Below, piece after piece: positions 61,705-64,000 of a DNA stretch of 64,000 bases. Under the pieces are notes generated by a model that did no database searches, had not been told where the DNA came from, and saw nothing but the letters and a program-made list of their open reading frames with translations. The translations under genes and the position numbers were made by a program. Source of the DNA: Azolla caroliniana (lineage: Eukaryota > Plantae > Polypodiophyta); NCBI GenBank assembly GCA_043228905.1, contig JBHGNT010000021.1, forward strand, positions 8,494,001 to 8,558,000. The letters are read 5' to 3'. Positions within the stretch are counted from its first letter, which is position 1, and each line of letters opens with the position of its first letter.

Positions 61705-62690
61705 TTAGTTAGTTAGCTTATTAGATACCTCTGAATATGACCATACCCGAATAGCTAATTACCTACCTCAAAATATGACCATAGCTAACTAGCTACCAAT
61801 AATAGCTAATTAGCTACTAGAATAGCTAATTAGCTCCCTAAGAATATCGAACATAGCTATTTAGCTACTAGAATAGTTAATTAGCTACCCTTCATAGCTA
61901 TTTAGCTACCACAATAGCTACTTAGCTGCCTATAACAATAGCTAATTAGCTACCAAAATTGCTAATCCCCTACTGGAATAGCTATTGTACTAAACTATGG
62001 TAGTACCTAATTAGCTACCAATTAGCTAATTAGTGACTCAGCTAAAGTATGGTAGTCACTAATTAGCCACTATAACTAAAGTATGGTAGTAGCTAATTAG
62101 CTACCACTTACTAATTAGCTACTATACTAAACTATGGTAGTAGCTAAGTAGCTACCACTTAACTAATTAACTACTATACTAAACTATGGTAGTAGCTAAT
62201 TATCTAATGTACTAAACTATGGTAGTAGCTAATTAGCTACCACTTAGCTAATTAGCTACTAGTTGGCTAATTAGCGACTCAACTAAAGTATGGTACTAGC
62301 TAATTAGCCACTATAACTAAAGTATGGTACTAGCTAATTAGCTACCACTTAACTAATTAGCTACTATACTAAACTATGGTAGTAGCTAATTAGCTACTGT
62401 ACTAAACTATGGTAGTAGCTAATTAGCTACCACTTAGCTAATTAGTTACTCAAGTAAAGTATGGTAGTAGCTAATTAGCTATTGTACTAAACTATGGTAG
62501 TCGCTAATTAGCTATTGTACTACACTATGATAGTAGCTAATTAGCTACTGTACTAAACTATGGGAATAGCTAATTAGCTACCAGTTAGCTAATTAGCTAT
62601 TGTATTAAACTATGGTAGGAGCTAATTGGCTACCACTTAGATAATTATCTACTCAAGTAAAGTATGGTAGTAGCTAATTAGCTACCACGT
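61705..62690. repeat. Palindromic minisatellite built on GTAGCTAATTAGCTAC and TAAACTATGGTA
   Basis: Dozens of degenerate copies in tandem. Confidence 0.92.
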
Positions 62691-62699
62691 TAAATACAG

Positions 62700-63190
62700 G
62701 TACGTAAACAACCATGGTCTCGACTCTCATTTATGTTGGGATTAGGTGTAGTGTCACATGTCATGTTAAATGGTGGAGTGACTAAGGCAATATCATTAAC
62801 AAGGTCAGTGAGACAAGGATGTCCATTGAGTCCATTATTATTTTCCATTGTTACCCACCCAATTTTGGTTAAAATGCATGAGTTAGCAATATGTTGAGAT
62901 ATAGTGGGACTTGTTTTACCTCTGGGAAACAGCTGATAGCGCAAGCATTGGCAGATGATTCATTTTTGTTTCTTAAAGCACATCCCAGTGACATAGGCAA
63001 AGCTATGGAGGTGTGGAAGGTGTTTGCCTTAGCATCAAGTTTACATATTAATATGCAGAACTCATTGTTGATTAGATGCACTGAACAAGATTTGGTTAAT
63101 CTTGGTTGGAGTGGCCAAATATTAGATAAAGGGAAGATTTGTCGGCATTTGGGCTATCCGATTAGTGTCGATATTTCACCAAAGCGAAGC
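62700..63190 (+). pseudogene. LINE (L1/Tx1-like) reverse transcriptase fragment
   Basis: RSVRQGCPLSPLLFSI, LADDSFLFL and RHLGYPI; stop at ~62895. Confidence 0.8.
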
Positions 63191-64000
63191 CTAGCACAAT
63201 ACAATGACATAAAATATATAGTTGATGAGGATTGAACTTAGAACCTTTCATGAACAATACACAATGCTCAACCATCTTCATATGAGCATTGTATAAGATA
63301 TATTTGATCTACATATCATTACAGTATAAGATGTACATAATCTAGGTATACTCTGTAGACATCTACAAAGTTCTAAGGTTCGAGAAGGTTCTAGAATATT
63401 CTTCAAAATATTCTAATGCATATACTTCAACTTAGAGTATAAATACTTGTAACCTTCTTGGTTCCTTTCAAGGGATTCAACACCAGCCACGAACATGTCA
63501 ATCTAGTATTCTTGTTTAGCCCCATCTTCTTTCCTTGATTTACATCTTTGTCTTTATGCTCTTGTATTGTTCCTAGCGTCTTAACTTCCTCATTTCGTTG
63601 CTCCCAACTTCCCGAGTTTCTAGCCTCATCACGTTCAGTTCCGCGTTCGTAACCTTATCGGTCGTAGCCTCGTCATTTGTGCTCCGTCGTAGTCGTTGGT
63701 GTGTCTGTGACAGTTTGAATACCTTCCAACTAGAAGCATCGCTCATCTTCGTCATCACCCTTGCTTCTAGAGTTCCCATCGTCTCCGTCCTTGCTTTACC
63801 ATCATCAACATCCCTTCGTTTCTTATCTTCCTCGCCATCTCTATCTCCTAGTTCCTTCTATCGTTGTCTTTGTCTTTTCGTTTCTCCTCAACATCGTCTT
63901 TGTTTTATAGTTTCTTCTCATCCTTCACATATCTATCTCCGTATTACTTATCATCATCATCCCTATCTCTGCGTTTTTTGTTATTGTCATCCTTCTCCTT

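Noticed and set aside
63190-64000. Possible LTR or CT-rich leader at the window end
   Set aside because: A TATA-like motif is present, but no boundaries, TSD or partner repeat can be established.

Overview
Land-plant repeat-rich DNA, probably from a non-seed plant such as a bryophyte, judged from its Tcn1-like, Phygy/Ylt1-like and RTEX-like elements. No intact host gene is visible; about 75% of the window resolves into nested retrotransposons, most with readable TSDs. Stack 1: a Tork-like Copia (10868-28126, TSD AGTTT) whose 5' LTR is split at its (GA)n tract by a full-length RTEX-like LINE (~11216-23126), whose ORF2 is in turn split by a tRNA-Trp-primed Gypsy (12266-19592, TSD GCGT). Stack 2: a self-priming Tcn1 chromovirus (29484-42130, TSD CTATG) containing a gag-pro-ORF3 element with no RT/RH/IN (31477-38482, TSD CTTTT). 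Stack 3: a truncated relative of that element (43535-~48013) carrying a Copia solo LTR, then a chromovirus remnant split by a second Trp-primed Gypsy (49311-56374, TSD ACGT). Best candidates for new biology: (i) both ORF3-family elements have no polypurine tract and instead carry an inverted, PBS-like tRNA-Arg 3'-end copy 2 nt from the 3' LTR, suggesting tRNA priming of both DNA strands; (ii) two unrelated LTR families carry antisense Pol III A/B-box modules with tRNA spacing in U3; (iii) a LINE that appears to target (GA)n and whose AUG-less ORF2 is in frame behind a single UAG. Family names and tRNA identities come from motif recognition and recalled sequences, not database searches.
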